64,000 nucleotides of DNA from Sphingomonadaceae bacterium. GTDB taxonomy: Bacteria; Pseudomonadota; Alphaproteobacteria; Sphingomonadales; Sphingomonadaceae. The position numbers were made by a program, and so were the translations under genes. The notes under the pieces are model-generated. The model ran no database searches. It saw only the letters and a list, made by a program, of their open reading frames with translations, and was not told the origin of the DNA. Location: positions 2,408 through 66,407 of the forward strand of contig JAJTEF010000001.1 in assembly GCA_021300355.1 (NCBI GenBank), read 5' to 3'. Shown here one piece after another: positions 27,653 to 37,695 of the stretch. The first letter of the stretch is position 1, and each line of letters opens with the position of its first letter.

Positions 27653-29215
27653 ATGCCATTAGCATTCACCATTTATGACTGGGGCATATTGCTTGCCTAC
27701 GTCGCATTGCTGGCATTTGCCGGTTATCAGGCGACACGGCGGACCAAAACGGCGGATGACTATTTTCTCGCCGGGCATCATGCGCCGGTCTGGCTGGTTG
27801 CAGTGTCCGTTCTGTCGACGATGCAGTCGGCGGCAACTTTTCTTGGTGCCCCCGATAACAGCTATCGCGGCGATTACAGCTATCTCACAAGCAACTTTGC
27901 CGCGATCATCGCTGCCTTTATCGTCGCACGTTTCCTGATCCCGCGATTCTACGCAATCGGTGCGACCACGGTATATGAATTGTTGGAAGCCCGTTTCGAC
28001 GCGACGGCAAGACGCGCGGCGGCGGGGATGTATCTCGTCGGCCGTATCTTGGCGAGCGGCGCGCGGCTGTATCTTGCCGCTATTGCGGTTTCGATGATCA
28101 TCTTCCTTGATGTCGAGCCGCAGCATATCGTTATCGCGTCGGCGGTGCTTGTCGTTTTCGGTGTTGTGTTCACACTGTTCGGCGGGCTGAATGCCGTTAT
28201 CTGGAGCGACCTGGTGCAGGTTGTGCTCTACCTCGGTGGCGCGGTGCTGGTGCTCATCTTTTTGCTGGTGAAAATTCCCGCACCTGCTCCAGAAATCTGG
28301 AACGCGCTTCAATCTGCACCCGACGGAATGGACAAGCTGCGTTTGTTTGACTGGTCGTTCGACTTTACCAAGCCGTTTACCGTTTGGGCGATCCTGACCG
28401 GGCTGGTGCTGCTCAATATCGGCAATGTCGGGCTCGATCAGGACACGACGCAGCGCTTTTTGGCATGCGAAAATGCACAATCGGGCAAGCGCGCTTTATA
28501 TGCGAGCATGTGGGCAGCAATTCCTGTGGTGGCGTTGTTCATGGCGATAGGATCGCTGCTCCACATCTTCTACAACCGCCCCGACCTGATGGGCGTGAGC
28601 GTTGGCGCTACCAACGCGTTCGCGGGCGAAAAAATCACGGTATTCATGTCGTTCATTCTGTCTGAAATCCCGCCCGGCTTGCGCGGGCTGGTCACCGTTG
28701 GCGTCATCGCGGCGGCGGCGATCAATTCCGGACTGATTTCGATGTCGGCGGTGGTTGTGAACGATTTTTACCGGCCTTGGCTGGAACGGCGTGGCGCGCC
28801 GTCCAACGAGCAGCATTATGTCAACGCCGGACGCACGGCGATGATATTGCTCGCCTGTGCGCTGTTTGCGATGTCGATATTATGTTTCTATTGGCAGCAT
28901 TATAGCGACACGCCTTTGCTAGAATTTGTCCTCGGCGTCATGGTCTTTGCCTATTCGGGCTTGCTGGGGGTCTATGGCACCGTGGTCTTTACGAAGCGTG
29001 GCGCGACATGGTCGGTGATCGCCGCGCTGCTGGCTGGATTTGTCGCGATCCTGCTGCAACAGCATTATGTCGTGGACAGTCTTGGGCTGCCTGCGGCGTG
29101 GAAAGCGCTGGCCTTCCCATGGCAGCTATGTATCGGGACGGCAGTCGCCTTTGCTGTTTGCTGCGCAGGTCGTGATATCAAGGATAAATCAGATACCGCG
29201 CCCGTAATTGCATAA
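27653..29215 (+). CDS. Sodium:solute symporter family transporter
   Basis: About 13 TM segments and SSF-like sequence. A strong SD (GGGGGAG) precedes the ATG. Confidence 0.85.
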   Translation: MPLAFTIYDWGILLAYVALLAFAGYQATRRTKTADDYFLAGHHAPVWLVAVSVLSTMQSAATFLGAPDNSYRGDYSYLTSNFAAIIAAFIVARFLIPRFYAIGATTVYELLEARFDATARRAAAGMYLVGRILASGARLYLAAIAVSMIIFLDVEPQHIVIASAVLVVFGVVFTLFGGLNAVIWSDLVQVVLYLGGAVLVLIFLLVKIPAPAPEIWNALQSAPDGMDKLRLFDWSFDFTKPFTVWAILTGLVLLNIGNVGLDQDTTQRFLACENAQSGKRALYASMWAAIPVVALFMAIGSLLHIFYNRPDLMGVSVGATNAFAGEKITVFMSFILSEIPPGLRGLVTVGVIAAAAINSGLISMSAVVVNDFYRPWLERRGAPSNEQHYVNAGRTAMILLACALFAMSILCFYWQHYSDTPLLEFVLGVMVFAYSGLLGVYGTVVFTKRGATWSVIAALLAGFVAILLQQHYVVDSLGLPAAWKALAFPWQLCIGTAVAFAVCCAGRDIKDKSDTAPVIA

Positions 29216-30443
29216 AAGCGTCAAGCCCCGGCTGCCACTCAGCCTCAATCTCGCTGACGGCCTTTCCGTCCAAAATGCCTTTACGGACCGTGTCGGTTCC
29301 TGCCAGCTGATCGAAAAAGCTTGGAGTGCCAGCGCGGAATTCAAACTTGTCCGGGTACAAGTCGTGGACCGCCTTCACCAAAGCGATGCCGGTGCGGAAT
29401 GGTTGGAATGTTGTGCTGTTGGTGGGGATGACCCACACGCCGTGACACGGCTGCCCAGCATATTTGGAAAAATCCGGTGTAAAGGAAATGGGCGTGAAAG
29501 TGACACCCGGCAATCCCATTGTATTTAATCGATCCGCCAGTGCCGCACCATCGATGAAAGGCGCGCCGATATATTCGAAGGGTTTTTCGCTGCCCCGTCC
29601 TTCGGAGATGTTGGTGCCCTCAAACAAGGCCGTGCCGGGATATACTGCGGCTGTTCGGGGTGACCGCATATTGGGTGAGGGCGGCACCCAAGGCAAATCC
29701 CAAGCGACATAGGTCGCCAAGTCGCGATTCCAGCCGCGCATGGGAATAACGCGCAGGCGCGTGCGCAGCTTTTCCTCGCCGACGAACATCTGCGCGAGCT
29801 CACCGAACGTCATTCCGTGACGTACCGGCATGGCAAAGCTTCCGACAAAAGAGGCAAATGCAGGTTCGAGGACTGGTCCCTCTATCATCACCCCGCCTTG
29901 CGGATTGGGACGATCCAGCACGATCACCTCGGCTCCGGATTTCTCTGCGGCGCGCAGCATGAACAGCAATGTCGAGGAATATGTATAAAAACGCGTACCG
30001 ACGTCCTGCAGATCGACCAGCACAATATCAATGCCGTGCATCATCTTGTCAGTCGGCATCTTGGTTTCGCCGTAGAGGCTGTGGACGGGCAAGCCGGATT
30101 TGGGATCGATGCCCGAGGCCACTTTTTCACCGGCTTGCGCCTCGCCACGCACACCATGTTCCGGGCTAAACAGCGCGACAAGATTGATAGCGGGATGCGC
30201 GCGCAATAGATCGACGTCGCTGACGCCGTTGCGATCAACGCCGGTCTGGTTGGTCAACAGCGCGACCCGCTTTCCCTTGAGCAACGCCAGTTGGTCGGAA
30301 AGCAAGGCTTCGATCCCGGGGGTGATATGCCTGATGGGAATGGCGATTGATTTGACGGGACTTACGGCTTTTGGCTGAACCGGATCAGCCGCAACGGCGG
30401 CCAGTGGAAGCAGCGCAACAATAAAGGTCAAAAATATTCGCAT
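29178..30443 (-). CDS. DUF1343 / exo-beta-N-acetylmuramidase NamZ-family protein, secreted
   Basis: Signal peptide, then LLTNQTGVDRNG, ALFSPEHGVRGEAQAG, DLQDVGTRFYTY and LDRPNPQGG motifs typical of DUF1343/NamZ. Confidence 0.8.
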   Translation of the reverse strand: MRIFLTFIVALLPLAAVAADPVQPKAVSPVKSIAIPIRHITPGIEALLSDQLALLKGKRVALLTNQTGVDRNGVSDVDLLRAHPAINLVALFSPEHGVRGEAQAGEKVASGIDPKSGLPVHSLYGETKMPTDKMMHGIDIVLVDLQDVGTRFYTYSSTLLFMLRAAEKSGAEVIVLDRPNPQGGVMIEGPVLEPAFASFVGSFAMPVRHGMTFGELAQMFVGEEKLRTRLRVIPMRGWNRDLATYVAWDLPWVPPSPNMRSPRTAAVYPGTALFEGTNISEGRGSEKPFEYIGAPFIDGAALADRLNTMGLPGVTFTPISFTPDFSKYAGQPCHGVWVIPTNSTTFQPFRTGIALVKAVHDLYPDKFEFRAGTPSFFDQLAGTDTVRKGILDGKAVSEIEAEWQPGLDAFMQLRARYLIYP

Positions 30444-30476
30444 GATGAAAGGCTATTGGATAACGGCACCCGCCGC

Positions 30477-30509
30477 AAAGAAAAAGGGCCGGAGGTTTCC
30501 CTCCAGCCC
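30477..30509 (-). terminator. Rho-independent terminator after rplA
   Basis: On the minus strand a 10-bp GC-rich stem (GGGCTGGAGG / CCTCCGGCCC, one mismatch) with a 4-nt loop is followed by TTTTTCTTT. Confidence 0.65.
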
Positions 30510-30535
30510 TTTTGATATTCGTGTGATGCGGTGGC

Positions 30536-31231
30536 TTAAGCGCCAGCGACGTCCGCCAGATTGATCTTGAGGCCTGGGCCCATTGACGAGCTGACCGCAA
30601 CGCGGCGGACATATTTGCCCTTTGATCCGCTTGGCTTGTTCTTGATGACGGCGTCGATCAACGCGTCGAAGTTCTTGCGCAGATCAGCGTCAGAGAAGCT
30701 CTTCTTGCCGATGCCGCTGTGGATGATGCCCTGCTTTTCAACGCGGAACTCAACCTGACCGGCCTTTGCAGCCTTTACAGCTTCAGCAACGTCCATGGTG
30801 ACTGTGCCGAGCTTCGGGTTTGGCATCAGGCCCTTTGGACCCAAGGTCTTACCCAAGCGGCCAACGATGCCCATCATGTCCGGCGTTGCGATAACGCGGT
30901 CATAATCAAGGTTACCGGCCAACATGTCTTCCATCAGGTCTTCGGCGCCGACTTTGTCTGCACCAGCAGCGGTTGCTGCAGTAGCCTTGTCGCCACGTGC
31001 GAAGACGGCAACCTTCATTTCCTTGCCGGTACCGGCTGGAAGCGAAACCATGCCGCGAACCATTTGGTCAGCATGACGTGGGTCAACGCCCAGGTTCATG
31101 GCAACTTCGATGGTTTCGTCAAACTTGGCAGTTGCCAATTCCTTGATCAGCTTCAGCGCTTCATCAACGCCGTAAAGCTTGTCGGCATCCAAATGCGCGA
31201 GCGATTTTGCTTTTTTGGTCAGCTTGGCCAT
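30536..31231 (-). CDS. rplA: 50S ribosomal protein L1
   Basis: [11 protein letters not shown]...[24 protein letters not shown] is the canonical L1 sequence. Confidence 0.97.
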   Translation of the reverse strand: MAKLTKKAKSLAHLDADKLYGVDEALKLIKELATAKFDETIEVAMNLGVDPRHADQMVRGMVSLPAGTGKEMKVAVFARGDKATAATAAGADKVGAEDLMEDMLAGNLDYDRVIATPDMMGIVGRLGKTLGPKGLMPNPKLGTVTMDVAEAVKAAKAGQVEFRVEKQGIIHSGIGKKSFSDADLRKNFDALIDAVIKNKPSGSKGKYVRRVAVSSSMGPGLKINLADVAGA

Positions 31232-31235
31232 CGGA

Positions 31236-31667
31236 TCAGCCCTCCACTACTTCGAGGCCCATGGCGGTAGCCGAGCCTGCGATGATTTTTACTGCTGCGT
31301 CCATGTCGTTCGCATTGAGGTCGGCCATCTTGATGGTTGCGACTTCTTCCAACTGCGCACGTGTGATTGTACCAGCAGTGATCTTGCCTGGTTCTTTCGA
31401 ACCGGACTTGAGGCCAAGAACCTTCTTGATGAGGTAGGTCGCTGGTGGCGACTTCATCGCAAAGGTGAAGCTCTTGTCTGCGAACACGGTGATCTTCGTT
31501 GGAATAGGGGTGCCCTTTTCCATGTCAGCGGTCGCAGCGTTGAACTGCTTGCAGAATTCCATGATGTTTACGCCGCGCTGACCCAATGCTGGGCCGATTG
31601 GCGGGGATGGGGTGGCCGAACCTGCAGGAACCTGCAGGCCGATATAGCCGTCAATTTTCTTTGCCAT
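31236..31667 (-). CDS. rplK: 50S ribosomal protein L11
   Basis: [43 protein letters not shown] is the canonical L11 sequence. Confidence 0.97.
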   Translation of the reverse strand: MAKKIDGYIGLQVPAGSATPSPPIGPALGQRGVNIMEFCKQFNAATADMEKGTPIPTKITVFADKSFTFAMKSPPATYLIKKVLGLKSGSKEPGKITAGTITRAQLEEVATIKMADLNANDMDAAVKIIAGSATAMGLEVVEG

Positions 31668-31840
31668 GAATGGCGTCCTTTCATTCTATCGCCGCAATGC
31701 CCTAAAAGAGCGAAAAACGGGTCAAATTAAGTGGTCCAACAGACATCAGATGATGTCCTCCCACACGGAATCACGTCGCTATTGCGCCGAGAAGCGGTGC
31801 CACTATCCGCAATGCAGATATAATGCAAGCCTTTGCGCGG

Positions 31841-32773
31841 TTATGCCGGCGGTGTGAGCCGCAGCAGACCTTCCTGAACGACGGATGCGACCAACGTGCC
31901 ATCCTCGCTATAAATCCAGCCATGATTGATGCCGCGGCTGCCCCCGGTCCAGTCGCTGTCCATGACATACACGAACCACTGGTCCACCTGAACATCGTTA
32001 TGGAACCACATGGCATGGTCCAGGCTGGTGGAAAACAGGCCGGGCGTCACCCAATGCAGTCCATGCGGGAGCATCGCGGATGACAGCAGTCCCATATCGG
32101 ACGCAAATGACAAAAGTGCGCGGTGCAGCAACTGGTCGCCCTCAATCGGCGCACGCAAGCGGAACCATTGATAATGGCTGGTCGCCTTAGCATCAGCGGC
32201 AGGTCGAAAGCTGCGGAGCTCAAACGGCCGCGGATGTGCCATGCGCTCAAGCATATGATCAGGGATATCGGGGTTGCGCGCCATGGCGTCCGAATAGTCC
32301 CAGCATTTCTCGGGCGGCAACACGTCAGGCATCGGCACTTGATGTGAAAAGCCTGCTTCAGGCTTTTGGAAAGACGCGGTCAGGTTGAAAATAACCTTGC
32401 CTTCCTGCCGGACGACAACGCGCCGGTTGGAAAATGCGCGGCCATCAAAATCACGGTGGACGCGAAAGTGCAGCGGCAGGGCTTCGCTGCCACCGCGCAA
32501 GAAATAGGCATGCAGCGAATGGACTTGTTTGTCTGGATCAACGGTACGCGCTGCTGCCATCATGGCTTGCGCGATAATCTGCCCGCCGAAAATGCGATCG
32601 CGCGATGCACGAGAGAATGCCGGAAAGGTGAATTCGTCGGGTTCGTCTGCAGCGTCAAAATCGAACAGACGCACAAGGCCACGAACCAGCTTTTCAGCAG
32701 GTATCGCGCTGTGCGCCGCGTTTGCCTTTTCAATGCGCGCCTGTATCTGTTCGGGCGACAATGCAGAGGTCAT
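31841..32773 (-). CDS. tesB: Acyl-CoA thioesterase II
   Basis: Double hotdog sequence: IFGGQIIAQAMMAA, VHSLHAYFLRGG, DFDGRAFSNRRV. Confidence 0.85.
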   Translation of the reverse strand: MTSALSPEQIQARIEKANAAHSAIPAEKLVRGLVRLFDFDAADEPDEFTFPAFSRASRDRIFGGQIIAQAMMAAARTVDPDKQVHSLHAYFLRGGSEALPLHFRVHRDFDGRAFSNRRVVVRQEGKVIFNLTASFQKPEAGFSHQVPMPDVLPPEKCWDYSDAMARNPDIPDHMLERMAHPRPFELRSFRPAADAKATSHYQWFRLRAPIEGDQLLHRALLSFASDMGLLSSAMLPHGLHWVTPGLFSTSLDHAMWFHNDVQVDQWFVYVMDSDWTGGSRGINHGWIYSEDGTLVASVVQEGLLRLTPPA

Positions 32774-32801
32774 AGGGAAGAAAGATGGCCAGCGAAGGCC
32801 A

Positions 32802-33338
32802 TCACTTCATCAATTCGACTTCTTCGAAATCCAGTTCGACGGGTGTCGCGCGGCCAAAGATGCTGACCGATACCTTCACGCGGTTCTTGTCGAAATCGAG
32901 TTCTTCGACCGCACCGTTGAAGCTTGCGAATGGACCGCCAAGTACCTTGATCTGATCGCCGATTTCGTAGTCGACCGAAACGCGCTTCTTCGGCGCAGCT
33001 TCCATTTCCTGCTTCGTGTTCAAAATGCGCGCTGCTTCGGCTTCGCTGATTGGCTGCGGCTTGTTACCCGCGCCCAGAAAGCCCGTTACCTTGGCTGTGT
33101 TCTTGACCAAGTGATAAACGTCGTCGTTCATGTTCAACTTGGCAAGGACATAGCCTGGGAAGAACTTACGTTCCGCCTTGATCTTCTTACCGCGGCGCAC
33201 TTCAGTGACTTGCTCGGTCGGAACCTCGACAGCTTCCACGAGCTGCGAGAGGCCAATACGCTCGGCTTCAGCGAGGATCTGGTCGCGGACCTTGTTTTCA
33301 AAACCCGAATAAGCGTGAATGATGTACCAGCGTGCCAT
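32802..33338 (-). CDS. nusG: Transcription termination/antitermination factor NusG
   Basis: [18 protein letters not shown]-terminus and a C-terminal KOW ([18 protein letters not shown]). I prefer the ATG at 33338 to the track start. Confidence 0.95.
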   Translation of the reverse strand: MARWYIIHAYSGFENKVRDQILAEAERIGLSQLVEAVEVPTEQVTEVRRGKKIKAERKFFPGYVLAKLNMNDDVYHLVKNTAKVTGFLGAGNKPQPISEAEAARILNTKQEMEAAPKKRVSVDYEIGDQIKVLGGPFASFNGAVEELDFDKNRVKVSVSIFGRATPVELDFEEVELMK

Positions 33339-33381
33339 AATATCTCTTCTTTTCCCCAAAACTCTTTCGAGTGACCGCAGC

Positions 33382-33582
33382 TTAGCCTTCGGCTAGCGCG
33401 AGTAATCCCTTTACGATTGCGGCGAATACCGCGTCGACGCCCAAAAAGAAGACGGCCAAGATGATCGTCATGATCAATACCATGATCGCGGTCTGCACGG
33501 TTTCTTGCCGCGAGGGCCATACTACCTTGCCGATTTCGGTCCGTACCTGACGGATGAATTCACCGGGGCTTGTCTTTGCCAT
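33382..33582 (-). CDS. secE: Preprotein translocase subunit SecE
   Basis: 66 aa. FIRQVRTEIGKVVWPSRQE followed by a single TM, immediately upstream of nusG. Confidence 0.9.
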   Translation of the reverse strand: MAKTSPGEFIRQVRTEIGKVVWPSRQETVQTAIMVLIMTIILAVFFLGVDAVFAAIVKGLLALAEG

Positions 33583-33810
33583 ATCGTTTCTTCCTGTTCG
33601 ATCCCGAGGATAGCCGCCAGCGCTCCGACCGGCGGGTCGAGAGCGATATAGGTTCCGATTTCGGAAAGACTAGGCCTTTAGCGATGGATTCGGCGCGAGG
33701 CAAGTGGCTTTGGGAATGCGCCCATCGCCCACACCCGTTCTGAACGGCCTTGAACTGCTGCCGTTTTTGGCTATCCCTCGACGCTTCATCACATCAAGGA
33801 ATTTACTCAC

Positions 33811-34740
33811 ATGCCATCCGGTCTTGCCGCCTTACTCGACGACATTGCGACAATCGCCAAGGTTGCGGCTGCATCTGTGGACGATGTCGCCGCTGCCGCG
33901 GGCAAGGCAGGCAGCAAGGCCGCAGGTGTCGTCATCGACGACACCGCGGTTACTCCGCAATATGTGACTGGGTTTACGCCGGACCGCGAACTGCCGATAA
34001 TTTGGCGCATTGCGAAGGGTTCTTTTTTCAACAAGCTGGTCATCATCTTGCCGGTTGCGTTGTTGCTGAGCCTGTTCCTGCCATGGGCCATTACGCCGAT
34101 CCTCATGTTAGGTGGCGCGTATCTATGTTTCGAAGGCGCCGAAAAGGTTTGGGAAAAACTGGTCCCGCATGAGGAAGAGAGTTTGGTCGAAGAACTCGCG
34201 GAATTGACCAGCGCCGAGCATGAACAAAATATGGTGAAGGGCGCGGTCCGTACCGACTTTATCCTATCGGCAGAAATCATGGCGATTGCGCTGAGCGATA
34301 TCACGCAAGGAGGAGCGCTTTCTAAACTCGGGGGTAGTTTCCATCCTGTGGTCTGGCAGGGTATCGCACTGGCCTTCGTCGCGATTGCCATCACGGTTGC
34401 GGTGTACGGTGTCGTCGGCGTGATTGTGAAAATGGACGACATCGGTCTGCACATGGCGCAGCGTGAAAATGGCGGCTCGCAGGCCATTGGTCGCGGTCTG
34501 GTGAAGGGTATGCCAAAGTTGCTCGCCGCCTTATCAACCATCGGCACCGCGGCAATGCTGTGGGTCGGCGGACAAATCATCGTCCACGGCTTTGGCGTGC
34601 ACCCCGCGGAGTTTTTCGGCCTGCATGAAGGCGCTTTGGCCTGGATTGCGGATGCCGCATTATGCGGTGTCGTCGGGCTCGCCATTGGCGCCGTGATTGT
34701 CTTGGCCCATCACATGCTGCCCAAGCGCAAAGCGCATTGA
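33811..34740 (+). CDS. DUF808 (YedI-like) inner-membrane protein
   Basis: LLDDIATIAKVAAASVDDVAAAAGKA N-terminus and TM-rich remainder, as in the DUF808 family. Confidence 0.8.
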   Translation: MPSGLAALLDDIATIAKVAAASVDDVAAAAGKAGSKAAGVVIDDTAVTPQYVTGFTPDRELPIIWRIAKGSFFNKLVIILPVALLLSLFLPWAITPILMLGGAYLCFEGAEKVWEKLVPHEEESLVEELAELTSAEHEQNMVKGAVRTDFILSAEIMAIALSDITQGGALSKLGGSFHPVVWQGIALAFVAIAITVAVYGVVGVIVKMDDIGLHMAQRENGGSQAIGRGLVKGMPKLLAALSTIGTAAMLWVGGQIIVHGFGVHPAEFFGLHEGALAWIADAALCGVVGLAIGAVIVLAHHMLPKRKAH

Positions 34741-34803
34741 AGGCAGCCCATCACGCCTTGGCGGTAACCAGTTGCTCTACGGTTGATGACACGGAGGAAG
34801 TGT

Positions 34804-35190
34804 ATGCAGTCTATCCACATTCAGCGCCTTATCGCTTTGCCCTATTTTGGTTTGGGCGGCTGGTGCTTGTTTGCTCCCAATATGGTCGAACGGATGACCA
34901 TCAATCCGGAATATCAACATTTGAGCGCGACCAGTGCGCTCTTTATTGGTTGTTTCGGCGCTCAAGCCGTTTTGGGCGGCCTGTTCATTTGGTTTAGCCG
35001 TTTTACGCGTGCATCGTTTCTGACCTATGCCATCGCGCTGCTGCCCTTTTTTGGCTTCAACTATTATTTTGTATATGAATTGCCGATTTTAAACCGTTGG
35101 ATGGCATTGGACTTCGGATCGAATGCTGCGATGTTTATTTTGAGTATCTGGGGCTGGCGGATGAAGATCCGCGAAGAGGCCAAATTATAG
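34804..35190 (+). CDS. Hypothetical small membrane protein (about 4 TM)
   Basis: The ATG at 34804 is preceded by GGAGGAAG. The sequence is hydrophobic with four helix-length segments. I recognise no family. Confidence 0.5.
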   Translation: MQSIHIQRLIALPYFGLGGWCLFAPNMVERMTINPEYQHLSATSALFIGCFGAQAVLGGLFIWFSRFTRASFLTYAIALLPFFGFNYYFVYELPILNRWMALDFGSNAAMFILSIWGWRMKIREEAKL

Positions 35191-35205
35191 CCAGAGCCAA
35201 TAAAA

Positions 35206-35281
35206 TGGCAGGAGTTGGGGGACTCGAACCCACGACCCTCGGTTTTGGAGACCGATGCTCTACCAACTGAGCTAAACTCCT
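35206..35281 (-). tRNA. trnW: tRNA-Trp (anticodon CCA)
   Basis: Read on the minus strand: AGGAGTT acceptor, GCTC/GAGC D-stem, anticodon loop CTCCAAA, T-arm GTGGG-TTCGAGT-CCCCC, acceptor AACTCCT, discriminator G and an encoded CCA. 76 nt. Confidence 0.95.
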
Positions 35282-35386
35282 GCACTCCGCTTTTTAGCGA
35301 AGAATTGGGCCCTTAACGCCGATATGCAAACGGGGCAAGCCTGCTTTCGCACACCCGCCCCCTTCTTGCATGATATTGTCGGAAAT

Positions 35387-36760
35387 TTAGAAGCTCATCT
35401 CGTCATATACGCGGGAGATATCACCGGCCCATTCGCCATGATATTTGTCGAGCATTTGTTCCGCCACGGTTTTGCCGCTGGCAACAATCTCGCGCAGCGG
35501 GTCCAGAAAGCCGGTTTCATTATCACCACTGGCATTCAGGCGGTTGCGCGCGGCAAGTCCGGACGACGAAATGTCAAGAATACGTCCCGCAAGATCAAGC
35601 AACTTGCCGCCACCGGGTATTGCTGCGTTCAGGCCCTGCGCTGGCACTGCACTGCGCAGCGTTTCGCGTTCTTCCATCGTCCAATGCTTTACTTCGTCCC
35701 ATGCAGCATCAAGCGCGCCCTGATCGTACAGCAAGCCGACCCAGAATGCGGGCAGCGCACAGATGCGGTTCCATGGACCACCATCCGCGCCGCGCATTTC
35801 CAGGAAGCTCTTCAAGCGCACTTCGGGGAAGGCGGTCGACATATGGTCTTCCCAATCGGAAACGGTCGGTTTTTCGCCCGGCAGTACCGAAAGTTCGCCC
35901 TTCAAAAAGTCGCGGAAATCGAGCCCCGATGCATCGATATATTTGCCGTCACGGTAGACGAAATACATCGGCACCTTCAGCATATAGTCGACATATTGTT
36001 CATATCCGAAGTTCTCATCGAATACGAACGGCAGCATGCCCGTGCGCTGCGGATCGGTGTCGGACCAGATGTGGCTGCGGTAAGAAAGAAAGCCATTTGG
36101 CTTGCCTTCCAAGAAGGGCGAGTTTGCGAACAACGCGGTCGCCAGCGGCTGAAGCGCGAGCGAGGTGCGGAACTTGTGCGCCATGTCGGCTTCGCTTGAA
36201 TAATCAAGATTGACCTGAATCGTGCAGGTGCGCAGCATCATGTCGAGGCCCATGCTGCCCACGCGCGGCATATGGCGCAGCATGATGTCGTAGCGGCCTT
36301 TAGGCATGATCGGCAATTCAGCCCGCGTCTTGTCTGGCCAAAGCCCAAGGCCCAAAAAGCTGGTGTTGGTCTTATCACCAATGGCTTTCACTTGCTTCAA
36401 ATGCCGCCCGGTTTCGGCGCATGTCTGATGCAGGTTTTCAAGCGGGGCGCCCGACAGTTCCAACTGCCCTGCGGGTTCAAGGCTGACGGCGCCATCGGTG
36501 CCGGTCATGGCGATAACCTTGCCGTTTTCGTACACGGGTTCCCAGCCAAATTCGGTCATGGCCATCAACAAATCGCGAATGCCGCCTGGTTCGTCATAAG
36601 AAGGCGCATGATGATCCGTGCGGTTATAGACGAATTTTTCATGCTCGGTGCCAATGCGCCAGCGGTCCTTAGGCTTTTCGCCTTTCGCAATCGCTGCGAT
36701 GAGTTGATCGCGCGTTTCAATGACGGGATCGTGGCGGTCCGAAACAGTTTTTGTGCTCAT
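35387..36760 (-). CDS. gshA: Glutamate--cysteine ligase, plant/alphaproteobacterial type
   Basis: 457 aa with end-to-end resemblance to the GCS2/plant-type GCL family (RIGTEHEKF, SLEPAGQLELSGAP, MLRTCTIQVNLDY). Confidence 0.9.
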   Translation of the reverse strand: MSTKTVSDRHDPVIETRDQLIAAIAKGEKPKDRWRIGTEHEKFVYNRTDHHAPSYDEPGGIRDLLMAMTEFGWEPVYENGKVIAMTGTDGAVSLEPAGQLELSGAPLENLHQTCAETGRHLKQVKAIGDKTNTSFLGLGLWPDKTRAELPIMPKGRYDIMLRHMPRVGSMGLDMMLRTCTIQVNLDYSSEADMAHKFRTSLALQPLATALFANSPFLEGKPNGFLSYRSHIWSDTDPQRTGMLPFVFDENFGYEQYVDYMLKVPMYFVYRDGKYIDASGLDFRDFLKGELSVLPGEKPTVSDWEDHMSTAFPEVRLKSFLEMRGADGGPWNRICALPAFWVGLLYDQGALDAAWDEVKHWTMEERETLRSAVPAQGLNAAIPGGGKLLDLAGRILDISSSGLAARNRLNASGDNETGFLDPLREIVASGKTVAEQMLDKYHGEWAGDISRVYDEMSF

Positions 36761-36867
36761 GCGCGCGGTTTAGAAATGTAGCGTCTATATTGCCAGAAAA
36801 TTCCGTCAGCACGGTTGCGGGGCGTCGGCAAGGGCGCAAAACCGTGCGCGTGCAGCATCATAGGCTA

Positions 36868-37611
36868 CTAAGCCGCCCAATCGCCATTTTTGGACATCCA
36901 CACAGAAATCGCGGCAACAGCGGCGGTATCGGCGCGCAAGATGCGCGGGCCCAATGACACTGGCCGCGCACATGGATGCGCGCGAATTGCGGCATTTTCA
37001 CTATCGGTAAATCCGCCCTCGGGTCCAATCAGGACAGCGCCGGGGCCGGGACGGATCGCGTCCGAAAAAGGCTCGCCACCACGTTCATCGCAGAAATATA
37101 GCGTTCGGTCGGCGGGCCATTTGCCAAGCAGCGCGTCGATGCGCGCAAGCGGGTCAATCAAGGGCAGGGCGGTCCGCTCACATTGTTCTGCGGCCTCAAT
37201 CATATGCGCCCGCAGCCGGTCGTCTTTCAGCTTGTCGACAACACAGCGTGCCGTCAGCACGGGCACAAATCGGGCGATACCAAGCTCGCAGGCTTTTTCG
37301 GCGATCCAGTCAAACCGGTCTTTTTTGATGAGCGCCTGACAAATCCAAAGGTCGGGGGTGAATTCGCGGTCGCGCAATTTGGCGTCCACGGTCAAAACAA
37401 GGTCGCGTTTGTGCGTTTCGGTGACGGTAGCCAGATATTCGCCCGAAACATCATCGAACAATTTAACAGGCGCGCCCTCTTTCAAACGCATCACGCCGAT
37501 CAGATAATGGGCGCTGTTGCCGCTGATGTTTAAAGTCGCGCCCTCGGCCAACGGCTGTTCGACAAACAGCCGCGGTGTTGATTTTGGGGGCCAGGCGGGT
37601 GTTGCGGGCAT
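36868..37611 (-). CDS. rsmE: 16S rRNA (uracil1498-N3)-methyltransferase
   Basis: PRLFVEQPL...HYLIGVMRLKEG N-terminal PUA-like region and a C-terminal SPOUT region (LIGPEGGFT). Start chosen at ATG 37611. Confidence 0.85.
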   Translation of the reverse strand: MPATPAWPPKSTPRLFVEQPLAEGATLNISGNSAHYLIGVMRLKEGAPVKLFDDVSGEYLATVTETHKRDLVLTVDAKLRDREFTPDLWICQALIKKDRFDWIAEKACELGIARFVPVLTARCVVDKLKDDRLRAHMIEAAEQCERTALPLIDPLARIDALLGKWPADRTLYFCDERGGEPFSDAIRPGPGAVLIGPEGGFTDSENAAIRAHPCARPVSLGPRILRADTAAVAAISVWMSKNGDWAA

Positions 37612-37695
37612 GGCACGTGCATAAACACAAAACGCCGCGCCGTCATCTGCCAACTTCCAGATGACGAACGGGATAAATTTTGGCAGGGCATTGCT

